A stretch of 64,000 bases of DNA, taken from positions 19,756-83,755 of the forward strand of contig JABDGZ010000003.1 of NCBI GenBank assembly GCA_013285735.1, in the 5' to 3' direction. This document shows, piece by piece, positions 1-9,954 of the stretch. The translations under genes and the position numbers were made by a program. Source of the stretch: Candidatus Omnitrophota bacterium (lineage in GTDB: Bacteria > Omnitrophota > Gorgyraeia > Zapsychrales > Fredricksoniimonadaceae). How positions within the stretch are numbered: the stretch's first letter is position 1; each line of letters opens with the position of its first letter. The notes below the pieces were generated by a model. That model worked only from the letters and a program-made list of their open reading frames with translations, made no database searches and had not been told where the DNA came from.

Positions 1-873
1 TATGTGGATGCCCAGCGTAAGCAGCAAACTGTCAAGCTCTTGAAAACCCTTTTGGACCGTGATCAAATGGCTTATCAATTAAGTCAAGACGGGTATGTCG
101 AGGGGACTGGAACCTTACTGGATACCAATAAATTTAAATCGGATTTAGATCAAACCCGTTATTTATACAATCAGGCTCAATTCCAGGCCCAGGATGCTCT
201 TTTGGATTTGGAAGCAGCCTTGCAGATGCCTTTGGGAGAACCTTTGCTATTTCTTGATGATAATGTTCTGATGAAGATATTGGAAAATAACGCGGACATT
301 AATTTCAATAACGTCGATAATGCTGATATGGTATTGGCAGCCTCCCAGGTAGAGGCGAGTAAGGCGGATCAAAAAACCGCTATCGCAGATTTTTTACCGA
401 AGGTATCAGGTAGTGCTGACTATGGTCGTTCTGGTGAATCTCCGGATCATGGCAGTAATACTTATTTTGTTGGTTTGCAGGCTACTGTTCCTCTTTGGGA
501 AGGCGGTGCACAGCAAGCACATCTTAAGGAAGTTAAGGGAGAGATTAAAGAAGCAGAGGAGAATCTTCAGGATGTCAGCCAACAGGAAGAAGTTAATATT
601 GCCAAGGCCCGGGTTGCTATTAAAGAAGCTGAATATCTAAGAGAAGCCAAGGCACAAGAAAAAAAGACAGCTCAAAGGTCTTTGCGTATTGCTTTTCACG
701 CCCAGGAAATTGGTAGCGGCACCGTGCTAGAATTAATGCAGGCTAAGGCGGATTTAGCCGTAGCTGAAGATGAATACAATGAAGCTCAGGTTACCTGGAT
801 CATGGCGCACATTGACTTGCTTCATGCAGAGGGAAAATTAAGGGCGTTGACCAAGAATGGAGATTATACGTGA
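1..873 (+). CDS. TolC-like outer-membrane efflux protein, C-terminal part (5' end lies outside the window)
   Basis: The frame is open from nt 1. The sequence has alpha-helical repeat character (LDLEAALQ, AKADLAVAEDEYNEAQV). A GTGA stop/start overlap links it to the downstream HlyD-type gene and ABC exporter. Confidence 0.6.
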   Translation, partial: YVDAQRKQQTVKLLKTLLDRDQMAYQLSQDGYVEGTGTLLDTNKFKSDLDQTRYLYNQAQFQAQDALLDLEAALQMPLGEPLLFLDDNVLMKILENNADINFNNVDNADMVLAASQVEASKADQKTAIADFLPKVSGSADYGRSGESPDHGSNTYFVGLQATVPLWEGGAQQAHLKEVKGEIKEAEENLQDVSQQEEVNIAKARVAIKEAEYLREAKAQEKKTAQRSLRIAFHAQEIGSGTVLELMQAKADLAVAEDEYNEAQVTWIMAHIDLLHAEGKLRALTKNGDYT

Positions 874-1544
874 GAGTTTTAATAATTTTATTAGCGGCTG
901 TTTTAGTTTGCGGCTGCTCCGGGAAAAAAGATTTTAAACATATGACCTTCTCCGGGACCATGGAGATGACCGAGCACGTGTTGGGTGTCAAGGCAGCTGG
1001 ACGGCTGACAACGCTCAGTGTTACAGAGGGTGATACCGTCAAGAAAGGGCAGTTATTGGCTACTTTTGATCGCTTTGAACAAAATAAGAAAGATTATGCG
1101 CGTGTCGCTGTTCTTTTTAAGAATGGCGGGGCCAACCGGCAGTCCTTGGAAAATGCCCAATTAGCGATGGAAGACCAGGAAGTGATCTCTCCTTTAGATG
1201 GTACGGTTTTAGTCAAAAGCGCTGAGACAGGGGAGATCATCCCTGCCGGAGGCGGGGTGGTGGTAATCGGAGACCCCACGGATCAGTGGGTCAAAATTTT
1301 TGTTTCTGAAGACCTGATGCATCAATTGAGTATCAACCAAACAGCGACGATATCAGTGGATGGAGATGATAGAACATACAAAGGCCACGTGAGTTTCATT
1401 GCTGATAAAGCTGAATTTACTCCGCGTAACGTGCAGACCCCTGAAGAGCGCGTCACCCAAACATTCGCCATTAAAATTGCCGTCGATGACGCGGATGCCA
1501 ATCTCCACGCAGGTGTCGCTGCGGATGTGAAGTTTAATTCATAA
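870..1544 (+). CDS. HlyD-family membrane-fusion (periplasmic adaptor) protein, probable lipoprotein
   Basis: N-terminal signal with a lipobox-like LAAVLVCGC. Lipoyl-like hairpin blocks GDTVKKGQLLATFD and ISPLDGTV. Sits between the TolC-like gene and the ABC ATPase (YbhG/F/S-type layout). Confidence 0.75.
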   Translation: MRVLIILLAAVLVCGCSGKKDFKHMTFSGTMEMTEHVLGVKAAGRLTTLSVTEGDTVKKGQLLATFDRFEQNKKDYARVAVLFKNGGANRQSLENAQLAMEDQEVISPLDGTVLVKSAETGEIIPAGGGVVVIGDPTDQWVKIFVSEDLMHQLSINQTATISVDGDDRTYKGHVSFIADKAEFTPRNVQTPEERVTQTFAIKIAVDDADANLHAGVAADVKFNS

Positions 1545-1554
1545 AGGTTTATAA

Positions 1555-2493
1555 ATGTCCGATATCGCCATCAGCACCGATAAATTGACTAAAAGGTTTG
1601 GAAAATTTACTGCGGTTGATGAGATCTCATTTGAAATCCCTTACGGTTCTATTTTTGGGTTTTTGGGAGCCAATGGCGCTGGCAAAAGTACTACCATCCG
1701 CATGCTCTGTGGTATTTTAGCGCCTACCAGTGGTAACGGAAAGGTCGGCGGCTTTGACGTGCAGACTCAACCTGAGCAAATAAAAACTGTCATCGGATAC
1801 GTTTCCCAGCGTTTCAGCCTTTATTCAGATTTAAATGTCGTTGAAAATTTGACTTTTTACGGCCAGATTTACGGCCTTGAGGGAGCTCTTCTGCACAATC
1901 GGATCAAAGAGGTTTTGAAGTTGACGGGTTTGGATCGTTTCCCGCAGCGTCTTTCCGGTGAACTCTCAGGCGGATGGAAACAAAAATTGGCTATAGCTAA
2001 TGCTATATTGCATAAGCCTAAGATTATTTTCTTAGATGAGCCTACGGCTGGTTTGGATCCTTTATCCCGACGGGCGATATGGGAACTTTTATATCAGTTG
2101 GCTGAAGGAGGCACCTCCTTATTTGTGACCACGCATTATATGGAAGAGGCGGAGCGTTGTAACACCATTGCTTTTATTAGCGATGGGAAGTTGCTGAAAA
2201 TTGGCCAGCCAACAGCTTTGCGCCAAGAACTTCGTGGACAGATTCTGGAAGTGACTTGCCAACCTTTGATGAAAGCGTCCCATCTTTTTTTAACATTAGA
2301 GGGTGTTCGCGGGGTTACCGTGTACGGAACTACTTTAAATTTAAATGTGACTGATGAGAAAGCTGTTGAGGCACGGGTGAAGGAAACCGCGGGTCGTGAA
2401 GGGATTACAATCAGTTCTATTAAACCCATCGCCGCTTCGTTAGAAGACGTGTTTTCAGATTTAGATACAAAAAAAGGAAGTACCGATGCGTAA
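1555..2493 (+). CDS. ABC transporter ATP-binding protein
   Basis: Walker A GANGAGKST, ABC signature LSGGWKQK, Walker B IIFLDEPTAGLD. Confidence 0.9.
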   Translation: MSDIAISTDKLTKRFGKFTAVDEISFEIPYGSIFGFLGANGAGKSTTIRMLCGILAPTSGNGKVGGFDVQTQPEQIKTVIGYVSQRFSLYSDLNVVENLTFYGQIYGLEGALLHNRIKEVLKLTGLDRFPQRLSGELSGGWKQKLAIANAILHKPKIIFLDEPTAGLDPLSRRAIWELLYQLAEGGTSLFVTTHYMEEAERCNTIAFISDGKLLKIGQPTALRQELRGQILEVTCQPLMKASHLFLTLEGVRGVTVYGTTLNLNVTDEKAVEARVKETAGREGITISSIKPIAASLEDVFSDLDTKKGSTDA

Positions 2494-3589
2494 CATTTGG
2501 GCCATTGCTTGTAAAGAATTTATCCACGTGATACGGGATCGCCGCACGCTGGGCCTGCTTATCCTTATGCCCATGATGCAGCTGATGATCTATGGTTATG
2601 GCATCAACACCGATGTTAAGCATCTGCCTGTCTATCTTTACGACCAGGATAAGACCTATTTAAGCCGGCGCCTGGTCGATGCCTTTACTCAAAGCGATTA
2701 TTTTGCAGTTAAAGTACAGGCGACCTCTTTGCAACAGGCCTATAAAGCTTTGGATAGTGGGGCAGCCCAGTCGGTATTGATCATTCCGCCAAATTTCACC
2801 GGAGATCTATTAAAGAAAAAAGGGGCCCAGGTGCAGATGATCATTGATGGTACGGATTCAACACCTGCGACGGTAGCGCTTAATTCCAGTCAGGCGATTG
2901 TTAATGCGTTTATGCAAAATGAAGGATTGATCCCCATTCAGGTATTGCCTATCGATTTTCGTCCACGTCTTTGGTATAACCCTGACCTTAAAAGCACGTA
3001 TTTTATGCTTCCTGGATTGATTGCTTTGGTTTTACAGTTTTTGGTTCCTATGATCACAGCCTCAGCCATTGTGAGGGAGAAGGAAAGTGGTAATATCGAG
3101 CAGCTTTTAGTGACCCCGATCAAACCTTATGAATTGATTTTAGGGAAAATAATCCCTTATTTGTTTATTGGTGCAGTTATTTCTATCAGTATTATTGCGA
3201 CGATGCATTATCTTTTCGTTGTGCCTATCAAGGGCAGTATTGTGACCCTGTTTTTTCTCACCTTGCTTTATTTGATCGTATGCTTAGGCATAGGATTGTG
3301 GGCTTCGACCGTGGCAGACAATCAGCAGCAAGCTGCACAATTAGTCATGCTGCTGGCCATGCCGTCCATTTTACTTTCGGGGTTTATTTTTCCCAGAGAA
3401 TCCATGCCTCTATTGGTCCGGGATATCAGTTGCGTTATTCCTATGACGTATTTTTTGAAAATTGTCAGGGGCATTATCCTTAAAGGCATGAGCTTCTATG
3501 ATCTGCTCGACCAGGTCTGGCCCTTGCTGCTCATGGCGGTGGTAGTCATTGTTTTTAGCATCCGGCGTTTTTCAAAAAGAATGGCGTAA
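2486..3589 (+). CDS. ABC-2 type transporter permease
   Basis: The ATG overlaps the upstream stop. Large N-terminal extracytoplasmic region followed by about six hydrophobic segments, as in YbhS/YbhR-type ABC-2 permeases. Confidence 0.85.
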   Translation: MRNIWAIACKEFIHVIRDRRTLGLLILMPMMQLMIYGYGINTDVKHLPVYLYDQDKTYLSRRLVDAFTQSDYFAVKVQATSLQQAYKALDSGAAQSVLIIPPNFTGDLLKKKGAQVQMIIDGTDSTPATVALNSSQAIVNAFMQNEGLIPIQVLPIDFRPRLWYNPDLKSTYFMLPGLIALVLQFLVPMITASAIVREKESGNIEQLLVTPIKPYELILGKIIPYLFIGAVISISIIATMHYLFVVPIKGSIVTLFFLTLLYLIVCLGIGLWASTVADNQQQAAQLVMLLAMPSILLSGFIFPRESMPLLVRDISCVIPMTYFLKIVRGIILKGMSFYDLLDQVWPLLLMAVVVIVFSIRRFSKRMA

Positions 3590-3603
3590 TAGAAAGGACA
3601 TGT

Positions 3604-3939
3604 ATGTCTAAATTCAAATATTTATTTTTGGGTATGTCGGTGTTCATGATTTATTTAGCTACACGTACCTCCATGCAAAGTGATATGTTTCATCTTCCAG
3701 CGGTGGTGGTCAATGAACCATGGTTTCGTGCGACCCTGGTGGATTTTTATTTTAATATCACCATTATTTCTGCTTGGGTGGTTTATAAAGAGAATAATTT
3801 ATTTAAGTCTGTGCCTTGGATTGTGGCTTTTATTTTATTAGGAAGTATTGCAACAGGTCTCTACGTGTTTTTACAATTGAACGGTCTTAGAGAAGGTCAG
3901 AGCATCGAGGAAGTTTTATGCCGCCGTTCGTCGCGTTGA
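3604..3939 (+). CDS. Small integral membrane protein (DUF1475-like, tentative)
   Basis: 111 aa with three hydrophobic segments. Overlaps the start of the next lipid-cluster gene. Confidence 0.4.
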   Translation: MSKFKYLFLGMSVFMIYLATRTSMQSDMFHLPAVVVNEPWFRATLVDFYFNITIISAWVVYKENNLFKSVPWIVAFILLGSIATGLYVFLQLNGLREGQSIEEVLCRRSSR

Positions 3940-4703
3940 TGTTCCAGGCCTGGGGATTGGCCGCGGTTTTAATGCTGGTCTTTTGGTTGATAGCGGTCAA
4001 GTCCAGGAATGCTGGCTGGGTAGATGTGGGTTGGGCATTAGGCTTGGCGATGTGCGTTTGGTTTTATACGTTCTCAACCGATGGGTTGGCCCTTCGTCAC
4101 TGGCTACTGGCATTGGCAGTGAGTTTGTGGGCCCTGCGGCTGGTCAATCATTTACGTGTACGTTTTGTTACGGAAGGCCATGAAGACAGGCGTTATCAGA
4201 AAATTCGCGCTGATTGGAAAACCAATCAGGATTTTAAGTTCTTCTTCTTTTTTCAATTCCAGGCATTGTTGATAGTTATCTTGTCCACCTGTTGGCTACC
4301 TTCCATGCGTAATGCTCAACCATCCTTGCATTTTTTAGAGATAGTTGGTGTTTTGCTCTGGGTAATAGGTTTTCTGGGAGAATCCATTGCTGATCATCAG
4401 CTTAAAAGTTTTAAATCCAAGCTTTCAAATCGAGGCAAGACCTGCCAGGAAGGGTTGTGGAAGTATTCGCGCCATCCTAATTATTTTTTTGAATGGCTGA
4501 TGTGGGTAGCTTATGCAGTGTTTGCATTAGCCAGCCTAGGGGGATGGATTGCCCTTGTTTCAGTTGTTTTGATGTATTATTTTTTAATGCATGTCAGCGG
4601 GGTCCCGATGGCAGAAGAACAATCATTAAAAAGTCGGGGCGATGAATATAGAAGGTATCAGTCGGTTACAAGCGTATTTTTTCCAATGCCGGTTAGAGAG
4701 TGA
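3918..4703 (+). CDS. DUF1295 family membrane enzyme (steroid-5-alpha-reductase / ICMT-like)
   Basis: Polytopic. The C-terminal RHPNYFFEW block is typical of DUF1295/ICMT-like proteins. Confidence 0.7.
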   Translation: MPPFVALMFQAWGLAAVLMLVFWLIAVKSRNAGWVDVGWALGLAMCVWFYTFSTDGLALRHWLLALAVSLWALRLVNHLRVRFVTEGHEDRRYQKIRADWKTNQDFKFFFFFQFQALLIVILSTCWLPSMRNAQPSLHFLEIVGVLLWVIGFLGESIADHQLKSFKSKLSNRGKTCQEGLWKYSRHPNYFFEWLMWVAYAVFALASLGGWIALVSVVLMYYFLMHVSGVPMAEEQSLKSRGDEYRRYQSVTSVFFPMPVRE

Positions 4704-5439
4704 TATCTCAAAAGAGGCTTTATTGATTAAAATTATACTTGCGGTTTTTGTTGTTGCCATGATTATGGTGGGCATTCAATTAACTAAAATTTACTTTTGC
4801 ACCAAGCAAGTTAATTATAACCTGGCCCCCTGGCAGCAAATTAAACCTGAGGCAAGTTTCAAGGTGCTCTTTGCTGGTGACAGTACGGCGGTTGGAACAG
4901 GACTTAACGATAATTCCCAAAGTACATCAGGGTTGTTCAGCCGGGATTTTCCTCAAGCAGATGTGGAAAATTATAGCCGCAATGGCCTTCGCTTAAGAGG
5001 TTTGGTGGATATTTTAATGACTATTCAAGATAAGAAATTTGACTTGGCTGTTCTTCAGATTGGTGCCAATGATATTCTGGATTTTACGCCGATGACTGAA
5101 ATCCAGGATGATCAGCGTCGTGTTTTAAATTTAACCAAGCATATTGCTTCAAGAATTATTATCCTGCATTCCGGTGATATTGGCCAAGCCCCCTTACTGA
5201 TTTGGCCATTGACTTGGATTTATACCTGGCGTTCCATAAAAGTCAGGGCAATGTATTTGGCCGGTCAAAATGATAGGGTTTCCTACGTTGATATCTATAC
5301 GCTTAATAAAGGTAAAGATTTAAGTCGTGGTTATGCCAAGGATTATTTACATCTGAACGCAGAAGGATATGCCCTCTGGTATGGGTATATTAAAACTCAA
5401 TTACAAAAACTACATTGGCTACCAGAGGGGGGCATATGA
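4642..5439 (+). CDS. SGNH/GDSL-family hydrolase with N-terminal membrane anchor
   Basis: FAGDSTAVGTG (block I GDS), GANDIL (block III), DYLHLN (block V-like). An alternative TTG start at 4723 with an upstream GAGG would remove the 62-nt overlap. Confidence 0.6.
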   Translation: MNIEGISRLQAYFFQCRLESDISKEALLIKIILAVFVVAMIMVGIQLTKIYFCTKQVNYNLAPWQQIKPEASFKVLFAGDSTAVGTGLNDNSQSTSGLFSRDFPQADVENYSRNGLRLRGLVDILMTIQDKKFDLAVLQIGANDILDFTPMTEIQDDQRRVLNLTKHIASRIIILHSGDIGQAPLLIWPLTWIYTWRSIKVRAMYLAGQNDRVSYVDIYTLNKGKDLSRGYAKDYLHLNAEGYALWYGYIKTQLQKLHWLPEGGI

Positions 5440-6479
5440 AATTTTTAGTTCCTTTATCAACGCAATTGATCGAGCGCGGGCTTTTGCCGGATGTGGTTTT
5501 ACGTGAAGGGATACGTGGGCTTTTGCGGCAGAAATTGTTGGACGAGTCCAAGGGCGGAATTGAAGCGGGTCAAGCAAGGTTCATGAAGTTAATTGATCAT
5601 ATGTACGCTGCCCCCATTGCCGTTCATACCCAGGAAGCCAATGAACAGCATTATGAACTACCCACCAAATTCTTTGAATATTGTTTAGGCAAACATCTTA
5701 AATATAGTTCGTGCTATTTCCGTCACGGTAACGAGACTCTGGATCAGGCTGAAGTTGATATGTTGACCATTACCTGTGAACGTGCGGATTTGTCTGACGG
5801 CCAGCATGTTTTAGAATTAGGCTGCGGATGGGGTAGTTTGTCTTTGTTCATGGCGGCCCGGTTCCCGCATGCGCGTATTACTGCTGTTTCAAATTCCAGT
5901 ACACAGAAAGCATTTATCGACGATGAAATCCAGAAGCAGGGGATCAAGAATTTGACCGTCATCACCTGTGATATGAACACATTCAATATTCACGAAAGAT
6001 TTGATCGCATCGTTTCGGTGGAAATGTTTGAGCACATGCGCGGCTGGCCCAAGCTTTTGGAAAAGGCATCTTCGTTTTTAAAATCAGATGGTAAATTATT
6101 TATCCATATTTTTACTCATCGCCGATTTGCCTACCTTTATGATGCTCAAGATGAAGGCGATTTTATAGGTCAGTATTTTTTTACTGGTGGCATCATGCCT
6201 TCAGATAATTTGCTTTTGTATTTTCAGGAACATTTTTTATTGGAAGACCACTGGCAGGTGTCGGGTAATCATTATTCTAAGACCGCCGAGTGTTGGCTAA
6301 AGAATATGGATGCCCACAAGCTAGATATTATGCCTATCCTGCGTAATACCTATGGCGCTAAAGACGCTTTAAAATGGTGGTATTACTGGCGTGTTTTTTA
6401 TCTCTCCTGCGCCGAACTTTGGGGATACAAAAACGGTACTGAATGGATCGTTAGTCATTATCGTCTTAAGAAAAGGTAA
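5436..6479 (+). CDS. Cyclopropane-fatty-acyl-phospholipid-synthase-like SAM-dependent methyltransferase (paralog 1)
   Basis: SAM motif I VLELGCGWGSLS and overall Cfa/mycolic-acid-methyltransferase-like sequence. The ATGA overlap start at 5436 is preferred to 5415. Confidence 0.8.
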   Translation: MKFLVPLSTQLIERGLLPDVVLREGIRGLLRQKLLDESKGGIEAGQARFMKLIDHMYAAPIAVHTQEANEQHYELPTKFFEYCLGKHLKYSSCYFRHGNETLDQAEVDMLTITCERADLSDGQHVLELGCGWGSLSLFMAARFPHARITAVSNSSTQKAFIDDEIQKQGIKNLTVITCDMNTFNIHERFDRIVSVEMFEHMRGWPKLLEKASSFLKSDGKLFIHIFTHRRFAYLYDAQDEGDFIGQYFFTGGIMPSDNLLLYFQEHFLLEDHWQVSGNHYSKTAECWLKNMDAHKLDIMPILRNTYGAKDALKWWYYWRVFYLSCAELWGYKNGTEWIVSHYRLKKR

Positions 6480-6488
6480 TTTACACAG

Positions 6489-7754
6489 ATGCAAACAATA
6501 GCCATCATAGGGACAGGTATTTCCGGTATGAGCGCAGGGTATTTTTTGCGCGATAAATTTGATATCACTTTCTACGAGAAAGAAGATTATGCCGGAGGCC
6601 ATACCAATACTTTGACGATCAAAGAAGGCAATCAGGATATTTATATTGATTCTGCCTTTATGGTCTATAACGAGCCAACCTATCCCTTACTGACCCGGTT
6701 ATTCAAAGAATTAAAAATAGAAACTAAGCCGACGTCCATGTCTTTTAGCGTCCAGCATCTGCCCTCAGGCTTGGAGTATTGCGGCACGGGTTACAATGGT
6801 CTTTTTGCCCAACGCCGGAATATTTTTAATCCTCGTTATGTCAAAATGCTTTTAGAGATAGACCGATTCCGCCGTGAAGCTGATGAGGTTTTAGATAATC
6901 CTTCGTATGTATCCTGTACCCTTGCACAGTACATGCGCAGTAAGGGTTATAGTGAGGATTTCTTGCAGAAATTTTTGATTCCTATGAGTTCAGCGGTATG
7001 GTCAACTCCGGCTAATACGATGCTGGAATTCCCCGTGCAAACACTGGTTCGTTTTTTCAATAATCACCGTTTTTTAAGTTTAGATGGGCAATTGTCCTGG
7101 CGTACTTGTGTGGGAGGCAGCCGTCAATATCGGGAAAAAATCATCACGGCATTTGGTGATCGTGTATGGACACAGCGTGCTGTAGTCAAGATCAGGCGTG
7201 AGGCAGGCAAGGTGGCTGTTACGGATTCAACAGGTCAGGTTTTAATTTATGATAAGGTCATTGTGGCTTGTCATGCTGACGAAGCGTTGGGTTTATTAAT
7301 TGATCCGACTGCTTTAGAATCGTCTTTATTAAGTAAGTTTCCTTATCTGTCTAATAAAACCACCTTGCACACAGATGCTCGTGTTATGCCCAAGCTCAAG
7401 AGTGTGTGGTCCTCATGGAATAACCGGATTGAAAACGGTTCTGACGGACAAGCAAAGACATCAACTATTTATTGGATGAACAGTTTGCAGGGGGTTTCTA
7501 AAAGTAAGAGTTATTTTATTTCCATCAATGATCCAGGGCTGATTGATCCTGCAAGAATTTTGTGGGAAAAGAATTACACGCATCCTTTATACACGGTGGA
7601 TGGTCAAGAGGCCCAGCTTCGTTTGTCAGAGCTTAATCGAAATGGAGTGACATATTTTTGCGGGGCGTATTTCCGTTATGGTTTTCATGAGGATGGGCTT
7701 ATGTCAGGCGTTGAGGCGGCCAGGGCTGTCGCGGGTCGTGAGGTGTGGTCATGA
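6489..7754 (+). CDS. FAD/NAD(P)-binding oxidoreductase (amine-oxidase / desaturase-like)
   Basis: N-terminal dinucleotide-binding fold IAIIGTGISGMSAGYFL. 421 aa, lying between the Cfa-like and DUF1365 genes. Confidence 0.8.
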   Translation: MQTIAIIGTGISGMSAGYFLRDKFDITFYEKEDYAGGHTNTLTIKEGNQDIYIDSAFMVYNEPTYPLLTRLFKELKIETKPTSMSFSVQHLPSGLEYCGTGYNGLFAQRRNIFNPRYVKMLLEIDRFRREADEVLDNPSYVSCTLAQYMRSKGYSEDFLQKFLIPMSSAVWSTPANTMLEFPVQTLVRFFNNHRFLSLDGQLSWRTCVGGSRQYREKIITAFGDRVWTQRAVVKIRREAGKVAVTDSTGQVLIYDKVIVACHADEALGLLIDPTALESSLLSKFPYLSNKTTLHTDARVMPKLKSVWSSWNNRIENGSDGQAKTSTIYWMNSLQGVSKSKSYFISINDPGLIDPARILWEKNYTHPLYTVDGQEAQLRLSELNRNGVTYFCGAYFRYGFHEDGLMSGVEAARAVAGREVWS

Positions 7755-8533
7755 ATTCTTGCCTTTATGAATGTACGATCATGCACGACAGGCAAAGTCC
7801 TCGACGGTATAAATTTGTTCACAAAATCTTTATGTTTTATTTTGATTTAGACGAGCTTCCTCAAGTGTCGGGTTTTAGTTGGCTTTTAGGGTACAATCAA
7901 CGCAGGGTATATGATTTTAGGGACAAGGATCATATCTCTGCTGGTTTTACATCGGTCAAAGAAAATATCCGTAGCTTTTTAAAAACTCAAGGGATTGAGC
8001 AAAAGATACACCGCATTCAATTGTTGACCAACGTACGCACCTTTGGGTATATTTTTAACCCGGTGTCTTTTTATTTTTGTTTTGATGCCCAGGAGAATCC
8101 TGTTTGTGTTGTTAGCGAGATCGGCAATACCTTTGGCGAATTAAAATATTTTTATTTGGGGCCCGATAAAAAAAGTACTAAGTCATTTAATGACCGGCAG
8201 GTCAAATATTATTATATTTCACCGTTTACTGATCTGGACAATCAAATGGATTTTAATATACAGATTCCCGACGATCGGTTGAATATTACTATTGATACTT
8301 TAAAGAATGGGGAGAAATTCTTCTGGTCATCAATGACAGGGCCGCGTAAACCATTAACGACTGTAAATTTGATAGGGTATACGATTAAGTATCCCTGGGT
8401 GACACTCAAGGTGGTTTTTTTGATCCACTGGCATGCGGCTATGCTGCATTTTATCAAAAAGGTGCCGCATCATGCCAAAGAAGATAATCCTTCATTACAA
8501 AGAGAGGTTTTTCGTGCCTGGAACAAAAATTGA
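7751..8533 (+). CDS. DUF1365 family protein
   Basis: ATGA overlap start. N-terminal LYECTIMHDR..P..YKF...FMFYFDLDEL pattern typical of DUF1365. Confidence 0.75.
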   Translation: MNSCLYECTIMHDRQSPRRYKFVHKIFMFYFDLDELPQVSGFSWLLGYNQRRVYDFRDKDHISAGFTSVKENIRSFLKTQGIEQKIHRIQLLTNVRTFGYIFNPVSFYFCFDAQENPVCVVSEIGNTFGELKYFYLGPDKKSTKSFNDRQVKYYYISPFTDLDNQMDFNIQIPDDRLNITIDTLKNGEKFFWSSMTGPRKPLTTVNLIGYTIKYPWVTLKVVFLIHWHAAMLHFIKKVPHHAKEDNPSLQREVFRAWNKN

Positions 8534-8534
8534 C

Positions 8535-9746
8535 ATGACCTTTTCCGAACGGGTGATTGATAGGGTGTTTAGTCCTTTGAAGCTAGGTCAATTGACTATT
8601 CAATGGCCGGATGGCACCCAAAAGATTTATGGCCATGAACCGGATGGGATCACAGCTAAAATCATCGTACGTCGTCATGATTTTTTTAGAAAATGTCTGC
8701 TTTATGGGGACGTGGGATTTGGCGAAGCTTATGTCGACGGGGATTGGGATACGCCGGATTTGACAGCAGTTATTGAATGGATGATCTTAAATGTTGAGCA
8801 TCATCCGACTTTGATGGCAGATGCACCGCGCAATAGCCAGGTCAATTGGTTCAGGCTTTTTAATACCCTGGCGCATAAATTACGCGATAACACGCTCATG
8901 GGCGCTCGTCAGAATATTTCTGCACATTACGATTTAGGGAATGATTTTTTTAAGACGTTTTTGGATGCGTCAATGGCGTATTCCTCGGCATATTTCACCA
9001 ACCCAACACAGTCCTTGCATCATGCGCAAGTAGCCAAATTTGATATTTGGTGTAAAAAGTTAAGGCTTAAGCCTTCTGACAGGGTCTTGGAGATCGGATG
9101 CGGCTGGGGCGGCTTTGCCGTGCACGCGGTCCGTAACTACGGCTGTCACATGACCTGTATCACGATTTCTAAAGAGCAATACGCCTATGTCCAGGAATTG
9201 ATTGCCAGGGAGGGTTTGCAAGACAGGATCAATGTGCAATTTGTAGATTATAGGCATGTGGATGGATTATATGATAAGATTATATCGATAGAGATGGTTG
9301 AAGCCGTGGGCCATAAATTCTTGCCGGTGTACTTTAAGAAAATTCATCATTTACTTAAAAAGGATGGAGTGGTGGGCTTGCAAATGATTTTATCTCCGGA
9401 CCATCGTTATGACAGTTTTCGTAAGAACGTGGATTTTATTCAAAAACATGTTTTTCCAGGAAGTCTTTTGCCCTCTTTAAGGGCGATTCAGAAGTCCATT
9501 CATAGCAGTGGGATTTTGTGTGTCTTTGATTATGAGGATATATCTTTAAGTTATGCGGCTACCTTAAAAATGTGGCGTGAAGAATTCAATCGAAATTATG
9601 CCAAGGTTGTTGCTTTAGGCTTTGACGAACCGTTTATCCGTAAATGGAATTATTATTTATCCTATTGCGAAGCTGCTTTTAGGATGCGTAACATCGCCGT
9701 GACGCAAGTGGTTTTAGCGCGGCCGAACAATTATCTTTTAATTTAA
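8535..9746 (+). CDS. cfa: Cyclopropane-fatty-acyl-phospholipid synthase family methyltransferase (paralog 2)
   Basis: SAM motif VLEIGCGWGGFA and a FLDASMAYSSAYF block as in Cfa. The ATG at 8535, directly after the upstream stop, is preferred to the 8433 ORF start. Confidence 0.8.
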   Translation: MTFSERVIDRVFSPLKLGQLTIQWPDGTQKIYGHEPDGITAKIIVRRHDFFRKCLLYGDVGFGEAYVDGDWDTPDLTAVIEWMILNVEHHPTLMADAPRNSQVNWFRLFNTLAHKLRDNTLMGARQNISAHYDLGNDFFKTFLDASMAYSSAYFTNPTQSLHHAQVAKFDIWCKKLRLKPSDRVLEIGCGWGGFAVHAVRNYGCHMTCITISKEQYAYVQELIAREGLQDRINVQFVDYRHVDGLYDKIISIEMVEAVGHKFLPVYFKKIHHLLKKDGVVGLQMILSPDHRYDSFRKNVDFIQKHVFPGSLLPSLRAIQKSIHSSGILCVFDYEDISLSYAATLKMWREEFNRNYAKVVALGFDEPFIRKWNYYLSYCEAAFRMRNIAVTQVVLARPNNYLLI

Positions 9747-9761
9747 AACCAGGAGAATATT

Positions 9762-9953
9762 ATGACAGAAGAAAAAAATGAAGGCAGTTGCTGTTCATCT
9801 AAAGGGTGTGGATGTGGTTGTGGGAAAGGTTTCAAAATACTTGTTATGTTATTAGTTGGCGCATTTATTTTTGCTTCTGGCATGTGGTTTGCAAAATCTC
9901 ATTGCCATTCAGGTCAAAATTATTGCCCCTTTAGCGCTCCTATGAACAAATAG
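9762..9953 (+). CDS. Cys-rich small membrane protein (putative metal-binding), 63 aa
   Basis: AGGAG SD upstream. N-terminal CCSSKGCGCGCGKG, one TM segment, C-terminal HCHSGQNYC. Its stop is 1 nt from the stop of the convergent CDF gene. Confidence 0.5.
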   Translation: MTEEKNEGSCCSSKGCGCGCGKGFKILVMLLVGAFIFASGMWFAKSHCHSGQNYCPFSAPMNK

Positions 9954-9954
9954 T

